Origin: an uncultured virus (IMG/VR IMGVR_UViG_3300027892_000017)
Lineage: Duplodnaviria > Heunggongvirae > Uroviricota > Caudoviricetes
Strand: one strand, 5' to 3'
Virus record (IMG/VR): IMGVR_UViG_3300027892_000017
Coordinates: 62,001 to 126,000 of that record
Length of the DNA stretch: 64,000 nucleotides
The translations under genes were made by a program, and so were the position numbers. The stretch's first letter is position 1; each line of letters opens with the position of its first letter. The notes beneath the pieces are model-generated. The model was given only the letters and a program-made list of their open reading frames with translations, was not told where the DNA came from and made no database searches. Positions 32,622 to 41,857 of the stretch are shown one piece after another.

Positions 32622-33462
32622 TACTGATAATATTAGTTGGCTACATGGATTGGAAGACTATTTTGCGTTTGCCAATGATCAAGAGTCAAAAAAATATGTA
32701 GATTTTCTAATGCATATGATTTATGCAGACAATCCTATTATAAAATTTAATGACGGTGCTGGGATAGTTGAGTTTATTAATACATTGCGTAAATATGCTC
32801 CTAATGAAATTTTAGATACATTCCACAAGTATTATAGAGAAGGGCATAACCCAGTTGCATTACAAGACGCATTTAGTAGGGGCCAAGTACAAAGTAAAAT
32901 TTGGTTAGTTACGGAGTTGGCAAAAATACAAAAAGATTTCAAAGTTGTATTTTTATTAGCTGGCTGGTACGGACAATTACGTAAGTTTTTTGATATAGCC
33001 AACATCTCTTATGATAAGATGAGAATTGTTGATATTGATCCTAATGCATGTGAAATTAGTGATAAGATCTTTAATATAGATTTTATTAATAACTATCAAG
33101 TTAAGTCTGTAGAATTAGACTTAACAGATATGAGCTGGCTATATCGAACAGGTTGTCAGTATAAAATAAAAAATTATACTACTGGTCAAGAAATTAACGA
33201 AAAAACTACGCCTGATTTAATTGTGAATACTAGCGCAGAACATTTTCACGAAGATTGGTATCATAAGTTTGTTAATCGACCTTTAGAAACGGATCCATTA
33301 TTTGTCATTCAAAGTAATAACTTACATGAAGTTGAAGATCATATCAATTCAATACACAGCATGGGAGAAATGAAGAAAAAGTTTCCAATGACTAGACTTT
33401 TGTATGAAGGTGTGTTACAATTAACAGGGTATAAGCGTTATATGCTTATTGGAAGACCATGA
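32611..33462 (+). CDS. Class I SAM-dependent methyltransferase-like protein
   Basis: LLAGWYG glycine loop, IVDID acidic strand, VNTSAEH. Confidence 0.6.
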   Translation: MENNTDNISWLHGLEDYFAFANDQESKKYVDFLMHMIYADNPIIKFNDGAGIVEFINTLRKYAPNEILDTFHKYYREGHNPVALQDAFSRGQVQSKIWLVTELAKIQKDFKVVFLLAGWYGQLRKFFDIANISYDKMRIVDIDPNACEISDKIFNIDFINNYQVKSVELDLTDMSWLYRTGCQYKIKNYTTGQEINEKTTPDLIVNTSAEHFHEDWYHKFVNRPLETDPLFVIQSNNLHEVEDHINSIHSMGEMKKKFPMTRLLYEGVLQLTGYKRYMLIGRP

Positions 33463-33686
33463 TAGACTTAGATGAATTGGATTTGAGAACGTTACAAGTA
33501 GAGGCAGCAAGAGCCTTATCTACGTTTGAAGCAACAAGTAACAATATTCATAAGTTTAATAAAGAAGCACATCATAATAGTCAAAATTGGTACAAAGCCG
33601 TAATACAATGGTATGTCCAACAACACGGTGATATGCCTAGTAAAGTAGGTCCTGGAAAAGATATAAGATTATTAATGGACATTTAA
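33459..33686 (+). CDS. Small hypothetical protein, 75 aa
   Basis: Translationally coupled on both sides (ATGA and TAATG overlaps). Confidence 0.65.
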   Translation: MIDLDELDLRTLQVEAARALSTFEATSNNIHKFNKEAHHNSQNWYKAVIQWYVQQHGDMPSKVGPGKDIRLLMDI

Positions 33687-34849
33687 TGTATAGATATTCA
33701 GATTTAAAAACAGTTCATTTAGAAATTACAGAAGCATGTAATGCCGCTTGCCCTATGTGTGCAAGGAATATTAATGGCGGTGAAGATAATCCACATCTCA
33801 AAGACAATGAATTAAGTTTGGATGACTGCAAGACTATTTTTAAACCTGAATTTATTTCACAGTTAGATAGAATGTATATGTGCGGTAATTTTGGGGATCC
33901 AGTTGCGGCCAAAGATACATTAGAAGTGTTTGCATATTTTAGAGAACACAATCCTAAAATGAATCTTACAATGTATACAAACGGCAGTGCTAAAAAGCCT
34001 GAGTGGTGGGCAAACTTAGCAAGGGTGTTAGGTAAGAACGCATACGTTGTATTCAGTATTGATGGATTAGAAGACACAAATCATTTATACAGACAAAATA
34101 CAGTATGGTCTAAGATAGTAGAAAATGCACAAGCATTTATTGATGCTGGTGGCAGAGCAAGATGGGATTATATTGTTTTTGCACACAATGAACATCAAGT
34201 TGAAACTGCTGAAGAACTAAGTCGTGTAATGGGCTTTGAAAAATTCCAGTTTAAAAAGTCTGCTAGATTCTTTAGTAATACTAGCGGGGTTACAAAAGAA
34301 GTGCATCAAGCAGCCAATCGTAAAGGTGCAACAACTTTATTACAAGCACCGACTAATCCTAAATACAGAAATGGGGTGTTGGATAAACTAAGTGATGTTT
34401 TAGGCAAACAGGAAACTGTTAAGTATATTCCTTCTAAACAAATTGAAGCAACAGCAATCCAAACTCCACAGCGTTTTAATTTAGATCCTGCTAAAAAGTC
34501 TAAAATGGAATTAAGTTTAGATTCTTCAAACATAACCTGTAAAGTTTCTGAAGAAAAAAGTGTGTATGTGAGCGCAGAAGGAATTATTCAACCTTGTTGC
34601 TGGACAGCGGGTCAAATGTATGTTTGGTATCATAGTTCTGAAGGAACACAAATCTGGGACGCAATAAATCAAGTTGGAAAAGACAGTATTAATGCTAAAA
34701 TCAATACTCTAGAGAATATTGTAGACGGTCTATATTTTCAAAAGATTATACCAGATAGCTGGAACAAGCCCAGTTGTGCGGAAGGAAAATTATCTGTATG
34801 TGCTAAGACCTGTGGTAAATATGATGCCTTTGCGGAACAGTTTAAATGA
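33686..34849 (+). CDS. Radical SAM enzyme with C-terminal SPASM/twitch-like Cys motif (type A)
   Basis: CNAACPMC, CGNFGDP, TNG, FSIDG; C-terminal C...G.IQPCC...C..TC. Confidence 0.9.
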   Translation: MYRYSDLKTVHLEITEACNAACPMCARNINGGEDNPHLKDNELSLDDCKTIFKPEFISQLDRMYMCGNFGDPVAAKDTLEVFAYFREHNPKMNLTMYTNGSAKKPEWWANLARVLGKNAYVVFSIDGLEDTNHLYRQNTVWSKIVENAQAFIDAGGRARWDYIVFAHNEHQVETAEELSRVMGFEKFQFKKSARFFSNTSGVTKEVHQAANRKGATTLLQAPTNPKYRNGVLDKLSDVLGKQETVKYIPSKQIEATAIQTPQRFNLDPAKKSKMELSLDSSNITCKVSEEKSVYVSAEGIIQPCCWTAGQMYVWYHSSEGTQIWDAINQVGKDSINAKINTLENIVDGLYFQKIIPDSWNKPSCAEGKLSVCAKTCGKYDAFAEQFK

Positions 34850-35976
34850 ACATTGATAATATCAAAAAGATCGAGTTAGAAATTACAAGCGATTGTAATG
34901 CTGCCTGTCCAGGTTGTACACGCACACGAATGCCTGAACTACTAACAATTCAATCTTTTTCATTGAATGATATTAAACGATTATTTCCAACTAGTAAAGA
35001 AATATCCAAGAAGCAATTTAAATTTTGTGGAGTTTTAGGAGATCCAGTTGTACATCCTGAAATGTTAGATATGGTAAAATATCTAACAGATCATAACGGC
35101 TATTGTCAAATAAGTACTAACGGTGGTTATCAAACAGTAGCATGGTGGAAAGAACTAGGGGAAATTAGTTCTAAAACTAAACTAATTAATGTAGTATTTG
35201 CAGTTGACGGGCACAAAGAAACCAATCATATCTATCGAGTCAATACCGTTTTTGATGTTATTGAACGAAATATGACTGCATATGCTATGGGCGGAAAAGG
35301 ATTTGCATCAGCTACTTGGATGTTTATTGTGTTTGATCATAACGAACACGAATTAGAAATTGCACGACAGGCTGCTAGTAGATTAGGTTTTAAATTTGCT
35401 ACTAGAACAGGTATTCGCAACACTATTAATGACTGGGTTGCTAAGTTGCCTAAAAAAGACTCAACAACTAAAAAAACAATAAAAGAAGATTTTGTTATTA
35501 CAACAGCAAGTGATAAAGCTCATAGTAAAATAGAACAAGTTAAGGAATTACAACAGTTTATTAATACATATTCTACATCTACAGGATTTGTTCCAATAAT
35601 AGGAAAGTCTACTGGAAATGTAGTAAATGATGAATCAACGAAAAAAAGAATTTTAGATTCTATAGTTTGTAAATTAGTACATGAAGGTGAAATTTTTATA
35701 GCATCAGACTTGACCATGTGGCCGTGTTGTTTCCTATGGCAATTGGCCCATACTCATAGAGATGACTTTTTAAAACTAACTAAAGACTTCAAACCAGGAT
35801 GGAATAGCCTAGTTAATAACAGTATTGATGATATACTGGCGCATGAGTGGTTTTCTAGTCTACTTGAAGCAAGTTGGGATCCTTCACATAAAATGCATAT
35901 TGAAAAATGTATAAGAACATGCGGCAATAACAAAGCATATCAAAACGAGATTAAATTTATAAATGACAACACCTAA
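34846..35976 (+). CDS. Radical SAM enzyme, paralog of 33686 (type A)
   Basis: CNAACPGC, CGVLGDP, TNGG, FAVDG; C-terminal WPCC...CIRTC. Confidence 0.9.
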   Translation: MNIDNIKKIELEITSDCNAACPGCTRTRMPELLTIQSFSLNDIKRLFPTSKEISKKQFKFCGVLGDPVVHPEMLDMVKYLTDHNGYCQISTNGGYQTVAWWKELGEISSKTKLINVVFAVDGHKETNHIYRVNTVFDVIERNMTAYAMGGKGFASATWMFIVFDHNEHELEIARQAASRLGFKFATRTGIRNTINDWVAKLPKKDSTTKKTIKEDFVITTASDKAHSKIEQVKELQQFINTYSTSTGFVPIIGKSTGNVVNDESTKKRILDSIVCKLVHEGEIFIASDLTMWPCCFLWQLAHTHRDDFLKLTKDFKPGWNSLVNNSIDDILAHEWFSSLLEASWDPSHKMHIEKCIRTCGNNKAYQNEIKFINDNT

Positions 35977-37381
35977 GCCAACAACTAAACTTCCATCAGA
36001 AACTTTTTGCATTTTGCCGTGGGTGCATTTAAGTACACGTCCAGATGGAAGTATGCGAGTATGCTGTACGGCCAATGCAAGTAGTGTTGGTCCAACCAAC
36101 GACAAACAACATGGGGGTATGGTTGGAATTCTAAAAACAGAAGAAGGCAAACCTGCTAATCTAAATGTTAGCGATTTTCAATCAAGTTGGAACAGCACCT
36201 ATATGCGCAATGTCCGTAAGCAAATGCTTAACGGCGAACAACCTCCTAGTTGTATTAAATGTTACAAAGAAGAAGCAGCTGGACATAATAGCAAACGTAT
36301 GTGGGAAACTGCATATTGGATGGAACGTACAGATTTAAATCAACTGGTAGCCGACACTGCTGAAGATGGTTCTGTTCCTCCTAAACTCAATTATATTGAT
36401 TTGCGATTTGGAACAAAATGTCAGTTAGCATGTGTAATGTGCAGTCCTCATGATAGTAGTGGATGGATTAAAGATTGGCAAGCAATACATCCAAAGATTA
36501 AAAATTCAACATTAAAACAAACTACGTTGTGGTCAAATAAAGGTAGTACAAATGGTAGCAGTTATAACTGGCATAAAAATAATCCTATATTCTGGCAGCA
36601 GTTTTATGAACAAATTCCTAATATGCAACAGTTGTATTTTGCAGGCGGGGAGAGTTTAATTATTGAAGAACACTATGAAATTTTGGAAGAGTGTATTCGT
36701 CAAGGACATGCAAAAAATTTAGAATTGCGTTATAACAGTAACGGTGTAGAATGGAGAGATGACTTGTTTGATTTGTGGAAACAATTTAAACTTGTGCGTT
36801 TTCATTATAGTGTAGACAGTATTGAGGAAATGAATGATTACATTCGTTATCCTAGCAAGTGGTCAAGGACTGCTGAAGTATTTCATATTTTAGATACACA
36901 AACACCAAGCAATACAGAAGTTACGGTTGCGTGTGCAGTCCAAGCTCTAAATATCTACTACATACCTGATTTTATTAAATGGAAATTAGAACAAGGTTTT
37001 AAGAAAATTAATATGTGGCCATTTGGCGCTGGTGGAGTAAATTATCATTTTGTTTATCATCCACCTCACTTGAATGTAAAAGTTTTGCCTAAATGGTTTA
37101 AAGAAGAATGCCGCAAGAAGTACGAAGAATTTTATCCATGGTGGGAAGCTAATTGGGAAAAAGGTGTACCAGAATGGCACAAGGGTAAAGTGACTTACGA
37201 GCAATGGCGCAATGCTAGTTATGGTATTAGTCGATTAGACGGTATGTTAAAATTTATGGAAAGCGAAGATTGGACCATTAGACTTCCAGAAATGAAAGAA
37301 TTTTTAGATTTATGTGATGCACAGCGTGGCATTAGCTTTGCAGAAACTTTCCCAGAAATGAAGGAGATCTTTAATGTTTGA
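35963..37381 (+). CDS. Radical SAM enzyme with N-terminal SPASM/twitch-like Cys module (type B)
   Basis: N-terminal FCILPW...VCC...CIKC; CQLACVMC; FAGGES; YNSNG. Confidence 0.9.
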   Translation: MTTPKPTTKLPSETFCILPWVHLSTRPDGSMRVCCTANASSVGPTNDKQHGGMVGILKTEEGKPANLNVSDFQSSWNSTYMRNVRKQMLNGEQPPSCIKCYKEEAAGHNSKRMWETAYWMERTDLNQLVADTAEDGSVPPKLNYIDLRFGTKCQLACVMCSPHDSSGWIKDWQAIHPKIKNSTLKQTTLWSNKGSTNGSSYNWHKNNPIFWQQFYEQIPNMQQLYFAGGESLIIEEHYEILEECIRQGHAKNLELRYNSNGVEWRDDLFDLWKQFKLVRFHYSVDSIEEMNDYIRYPSKWSRTAEVFHILDTQTPSNTEVTVACAVQALNIYYIPDFIKWKLEQGFKKINMWPFGAGGVNYHFVYHPPHLNVKVLPKWFKEECRKKYEEFYPWWEANWEKGVPEWHKGKVTYEQWRNASYGISRLDGMLKFMESEDWTIRLPEMKEFLDLCDAQRGISFAETFPEMKEIFNV

Positions 37382-38231
37382 ATTTAGTAATAGTTTGTAT
37401 AACAAAATGAAATCACAGTACAAAGCAATGTACGGTGGTGAATTACCAAAATTAGAATTACACCGTATTAACGGATTAGATATCCCAGTTTCTACTTCTT
37501 GGAAAAAAATTGGAGTGAATTTATCAGGTGGAGCAGATAGTGCTTGTCTCACATTCTTGTTATGTAAAATTATTCAAGATAATAAACTAGATTGTAAAAT
37601 AGATGTTATCACGCATATACGTTGTTGGGATACTAGACCTTGGCAAGAACCTATATCGGAAGAAGTTTTTAATAAATTAAAATCAATGTTTCCTGATGTA
37701 ATTGAAAATCGTCATACTAATTTTATTGCTCCAGGAATTGAAGATGGTGCAATGGGTAAAATTATTATGTCTAAAGGTGTGCTACGAGCTGGTGATCAAA
37801 TTCAAATTGATGAATTTAATTCATATTGTATTTTCAAATATAAATTTGATGCTATATTTAATGCAACTACTCACAATCCGTTAAGCTATACAATTGACGG
37901 TGAACCGCCAGCACGTCGAATTGACACTGATAAAAAAGAACCTCTACTAATTTTAAAAAGAAATGGATCTCACATATTCTTACCATTTTTGTTAGTTGAC
38001 AAATCCTGGATACTTGCACAATATTACTTGTTTAAAATTGTAGATTTATATGAAACTACACGTAGTTGCGAGGGCGATTTATCTGATGCAATTGTTAGTC
38101 AGACTTTCCCAAGCCTTATAGATTATAAGCCAGGAATTTATGTTCCAACTTGTGGCAAGTGTTTTTGGTGTCAAGAACGTTCCTGGGCAGAAACAGAAAT
38201 TCCTGACATGGTAGCTAGGATACCTAAATGA
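37374..38231 (+). CDS. PP-loop ATP pyrophosphatase, QueC-like
   Basis: LSGGADS PP-loop, TRSCE, and CGKCFWCQER Zn motif as in QueC. Confidence 0.75.
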   Translation: MFEFSNSLYNKMKSQYKAMYGGELPKLELHRINGLDIPVSTSWKKIGVNLSGGADSACLTFLLCKIIQDNKLDCKIDVITHIRCWDTRPWQEPISEEVFNKLKSMFPDVIENRHTNFIAPGIEDGAMGKIIMSKGVLRAGDQIQIDEFNSYCIFKYKFDAIFNATTHNPLSYTIDGEPPARRIDTDKKEPLLILKRNGSHIFLPFLLVDKSWILAQYYLFKIVDLYETTRSCEGDLSDAIVSQTFPSLIDYKPGIYVPTCGKCFWCQERSWAETEIPDMVARIPK

Positions 38232-39526
38232 GTAATACATTTTGCCCAATCCCTTGGAACTTCCAAGCTATTCGTGCAAACGGTGATATGCGAGTTTGTT
38301 GTCAAGCAAATGTGACTAAAAATCAAGGTGTAATACGCAAGGATGATGGCACTGCATTTAACGCTGGCAAAGATAATTTAGACCTTGCACGTAACAACAG
38401 TATGATGAAAACAATTCGTCTTAATATGTTAAATGGTGTGTGGAACGAAGAATGTGGACGATGTAAAAACGAAGAAACAAGTGGGTTAGTTAGCAGACGC
38501 ACATACGAAAATGAACAATGGAAGTTAACTATCGACGAAGCACGTAGTAAAACTGCTGAAGATGGTAGTATATCCACTGAAACCTTTCCTGTAGTTTATT
38601 ATGATTTAAGATTTGGAAATTTTTGTAATTTAAAATGTCGTATGTGCGGCCCAACAGATAGTAATGCATGGTACGATGATTGGATTAAGTTAACTGGCAG
38701 TAATAAATTTAAAGATACTGGCGGAATAATGGAAATTGTTGACGGGAATGTTCCAGCTTTTGACTGGCCAGAATACGAACCATTTTGGGAACAACTTGAG
38801 GCAAACATACATAATATCCAACACGTATATTTTGCGGGAGGTGAACCCATGCTAATTGAACGTCATTATGATTTCTTAGAACGTTGTGTTGAAAAAGATG
38901 CTGCAAAACATATTATTATTGAGTACAATACCAACATGAGTACACTTCCTACTCGTGTTACAAATTTATGGAAAAGTTTTAAACAAGTTCGTGTTGGTGC
39001 AAGTGTTGATGGTATGGGTGCAATGCAAGAATATCAACGACATCCTGCTAAGTGGCAAAAGACACTAGATAATTTACACAAGGTTGATCAATTGCCAGAT
39101 AATATTTTTGGTTGGCTTGCGTTCACAGTAACAGCGTATAATGTTAATCATATGATTGATTTTATGAAATGGAAATTAACAGAAAGCGGTTTAAAGAAAA
39201 TAAACTTCACACAAAAACGCCCAATTATCACACATCATGTTGCACATCATCCAAAACATTTAAATGTACGTGTCCTTCCAGAACAATACAAAAAAGATGT
39301 CACTGTTAAGTTTGTTGAGTTTGTTCAATGGGTAAAAGATAATAATTATCCTGCGCATGTAATTAAACAAGCAGAAGATATTTCTAAAGGCGTAACAAGT
39401 TATATGAACAGCGATAATTATTATGATACACACTGGAATGAATTTATAAAATACACACAGCAATTAGACAATATTCGTCAAGAAAATTTGTGCGATGTAG
39501 AACCAAAGTTTAAGGATTATATTTAA
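38228..39526 (+). CDS. Radical SAM enzyme, paralog of 35963 (type B)
   Basis: FCPIPW...VCC...CGRC; CNLKCRMC; FAGGEP; YNTN. Confidence 0.9.
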   Translation: MSNTFCPIPWNFQAIRANGDMRVCCQANVTKNQGVIRKDDGTAFNAGKDNLDLARNNSMMKTIRLNMLNGVWNEECGRCKNEETSGLVSRRTYENEQWKLTIDEARSKTAEDGSISTETFPVVYYDLRFGNFCNLKCRMCGPTDSNAWYDDWIKLTGSNKFKDTGGIMEIVDGNVPAFDWPEYEPFWEQLEANIHNIQHVYFAGGEPMLIERHYDFLERCVEKDAAKHIIIEYNTNMSTLPTRVTNLWKSFKQVRVGASVDGMGAMQEYQRHPAKWQKTLDNLHKVDQLPDNIFGWLAFTVTAYNVNHMIDFMKWKLTESGLKKINFTQKRPIITHHVAHHPKHLNVRVLPEQYKKDVTVKFVEFVQWVKDNNYPAHVIKQAEDISKGVTSYMNSDNYYDTHWNEFIKYTQQLDNIRQENLCDVEPKFKDYI

Positions 39527-40236
39527 TGGCTAGTTTTGATACAGTTGATTTGCTTGATGGCAATGTATTCCAAGTAACTTGGGATATTGGTCGACGCTGT
39601 AATTACGATTGCAGTTATTGTCCAGCTCATAGGCATGACAATTTTAGCCCACATGCCACGTTAGAAGAATTAATCAAAAATGCAGATTTTATGTTGGAGT
39701 ATGTAAATTTGTACATGACCTATAGAGATTACAAGAGGGCAAGTGTTAGTTTTACTGGCGGTGAACCAACAGTAAATCCAAATTTTATTGCCTTTGCCAA
39801 GTACCTCAAAGAAGCATACGAGACCAAATATAAAGACAAGTACGAGTGTAATTTTGCTCTTACTAGCAATGGGGCAATGAGTAAAAAAATGGCTCAGAAA
39901 GTTATGGAAAATTTTGGACACATAACAGTTAGTTACCATGCAGAGGCTGATGACACACTTAAACAACAAGTCAGAGATCGTATGGTTCAGTTTCATAAAG
40001 AAGGCCCTGCTAATAAATGTAGTATCAGTATCAATGTGATGTTTCATGCCGCATACTTTGACGAATGTGTTGAGCTATGTGAATTTTTAGATGACAACGA
40101 TATAAAATATGTTCCACGTATTATTGGCGAAGAACCAGACAGTAAAAGCAATTTTGCACATCAATACACTGAAGAACAGTTACAGTGGATGAAAGATTAT
40201 TGGTCAAATAACACTAAAAAGGTACAAGCAGCATGA
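39526..40236 (+). CDS. Radical SAM core domain (type C, lacks C-terminal Cys domain)
   Basis: CNYDCSYC, FTGGEP, TSNG, SYH. Confidence 0.88.
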   Translation: MASFDTVDLLDGNVFQVTWDIGRRCNYDCSYCPAHRHDNFSPHATLEELIKNADFMLEYVNLYMTYRDYKRASVSFTGGEPTVNPNFIAFAKYLKEAYETKYKDKYECNFALTSNGAMSKKMAQKVMENFGHITVSYHAEADDTLKQQVRDRMVQFHKEGPANKCSISINVMFHAAYFDECVELCEFLDDNDIKYVPRIIGEEPDSKSNFAHQYTEEQLQWMKDYWSNNTKKVQAA

Positions 40237-40697
40237 GTGAAGAAAAGAAAGAATTGGGTCTAAAAATAGGTAGACCGTGCTGTGGTAGTAGAACCATGTG
40301 TCTAAGTCAAGATGGTGTTGATAGAAAAAGCAAGTTTGTAGATTTTAGAGAATTTAAAGGTTGGCATTGTAGCGTCAATTGGTTCTTTATGCACATTGAA
40401 CAACAAACTGATAGTGTATTCCATCATCAAACATGCCAAGCACAATTTGGTCAAACCCGCGGACCAATTGGTAAGTTAAGCGAAGGCGACAAAATTCTAA
40501 AAGAATTAGAAGAGCATTTAAAAGCTGGTACAATGCCAACAATTATATGTCCCAAACACACTTGTGGTTGTGGACTATGCGCTCCCAAAAGTTCTGATAA
40601 AAGCAAATATGAAGCTGTTATGGCTAGACACGTTGACATGAAAGTGTTTGAAAATGCTGTAGAAACAAAACCCAAAGTTATGTGGATTCAATCTTAA
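40233..40697 (+). CDS. Cys-rich SPASM/twitch-like stand-alone domain
   Basis: FKGWHC...TC...IG...ICPKHTCGCGLC parallels the C-terminus of the 40697 protein. Confidence 0.65.
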   Translation: MSEEKKELGLKIGRPCCGSRTMCLSQDGVDRKSKFVDFREFKGWHCSVNWFFMHIEQQTDSVFHHQTCQAQFGQTRGPIGKLSEGDKILKELEEHLKAGTMPTIICPKHTCGCGLCAPKSSDKSKYEAVMARHVDMKVFENAVETKPKVMWIQS

Positions 40698-41857
40698 TGA
40701 GTGATTTAAAAACATCTGCATACGACTTTACACAAATACCCTATGACGATATAGTACGTGTTGGACAACGTACAATGCTTTATAGAGACTTATTCACAGT
40801 AAGTTGGCTGTTAGGCAGATTCTGTAATTATAAGTGTAGTTACTGCTGGCCTTACGCACGAAGCGATAAAAAAGATCATAGACCAACTGAGCTGTGTTTA
40901 AAGACTGTTGACGAGATTAAACGTCAAGCTCGTGACCGAGGATTTAATAGTTTCCATTTTAGTTTAAGTGGCGGCGAACCCACGTTTCATCCTGGTTATA
41001 TTGACATTTTGAATCACTTAAACAATGATTCAGAAAACACAAACTATACTAGTGTACATATGACAACGAATATGAGTCGTAGTTTAGCATGGCATCGAGA
41101 TGAATATTGTAAGGCAGTTAGTAAATTTCATAGAGCAAGTATCACTGCTAGCCTGCATACTGAACACGTTAATACTAAAGAAAAAATGAGTGAGTTTGCT
41201 GATAAATTAGAATTATGTCAGCAACATGATGTTCAAGTAACTATTAACATGGTAATGGTTCCTGAATGGTTTGATAAAGATTATGAGAACGCATTATACT
41301 TTCACAATCGTGGAATTAATGTAACATTAAAGCCTCAAAGTGATCCCACTGCTAGTCGTGTAGTTGATGGGTATACTCCAGAAATGCTTAAAGTATTACA
41401 CAACGGAATGCCGCAACGTGGCTATACAGAAGCAAAGGCAGCAGAAGCTAAGTTAGTAGTTAGACCAGAACCCACATTTAAGAAAGTTCCAGATCCTATA
41501 TATTCACAAGATACTATCCCGCAACACTTTCAAGTAGAGTTTGTGGACAAAAATAAAAAAGTTTGGTACATGGATCAAGCTGAACGATTTAATGCATTTA
41601 ACTTTAATAAATTTAAAGATTGGGAATGTTCAAGCGGATACCGTAGTATTATTATACGTGAACCTGACGGCAGTATCAAACGTAGCTATAGTTGTCATGA
41701 CGCTCCATTAGGCAATATTGAAACTGGATTTAACTTATTTGATGGTCCTAAATCATGCATTACTTCTAGTTGTGTAAGTAGTGCTGACAGTAAAATACCC
41801 AAAAGGTCGCCGGGAACAAAGTTGCCTCTGTGGCCCGGCGATAACTCTTACAACTAA
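40697..41857 (+). CDS. Radical SAM enzyme with C-terminal Cys domain (type C)
   Basis: CNYKCSYC, LSGGEP, FKDWEC...SC...LGNI...C...C. Start placed at the TAATG overlap (40697). Confidence 0.9.
   Translation: MSDLKTSAYDFTQIPYDDIVRVGQRTMLYRDLFTVSWLLGRFCNYKCSYCWPYARSDKKDHRPTELCLKTVDEIKRQARDRGFNSFHFSLSGGEPTFHPGYIDILNHLNNDSENTNYTSVHMTTNMSRSLAWHRDEYCKAVSKFHRASITASLHTEHVNTKEKMSEFADKLELCQQHDVQVTINMVMVPEWFDKDYENALYFHNRGINVTLKPQSDPTASRVVDGYTPEMLKVLHNGMPQRGYTEAKAAEAKLVVRPEPTFKKVPDPIYSQDTIPQHFQVEFVDKNKKVWYMDQAERFNAFNFNKFKDWECSSGYRSIIIREPDGSIKRSYSCHDAPLGNIETGFNLFDGPKSCITSSCVSSADSKIPKRSPGTKLPLWPGDNSYN
41807..41841. terminator. GC-rich hairpin at the convergence of the two transcription arms
   Basis: TCGCCGGG (41807-14) pairs with CCCGGCGA (41834-41), with an imperfect inner stem; lies within the end of the last rSAM gene. 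Confidence 0.4.

Noticed and set aside
40205..40236. Canonical programmed -1 frameshift joining the split rSAM
   Set aside because: The heptamer is T AAA AAG rather than A AAA AAG, I saw no clear stimulatory structure, and the ATGA overlap is adequately explained by translational coupling. It is kept only as a minor possibility.
654..41857. Many short - strand and alternate-frame ORFs inside the + strand genes
   Set aside because: They are shadows of long motif-bearing genes, with no RBS or recognisable motifs.
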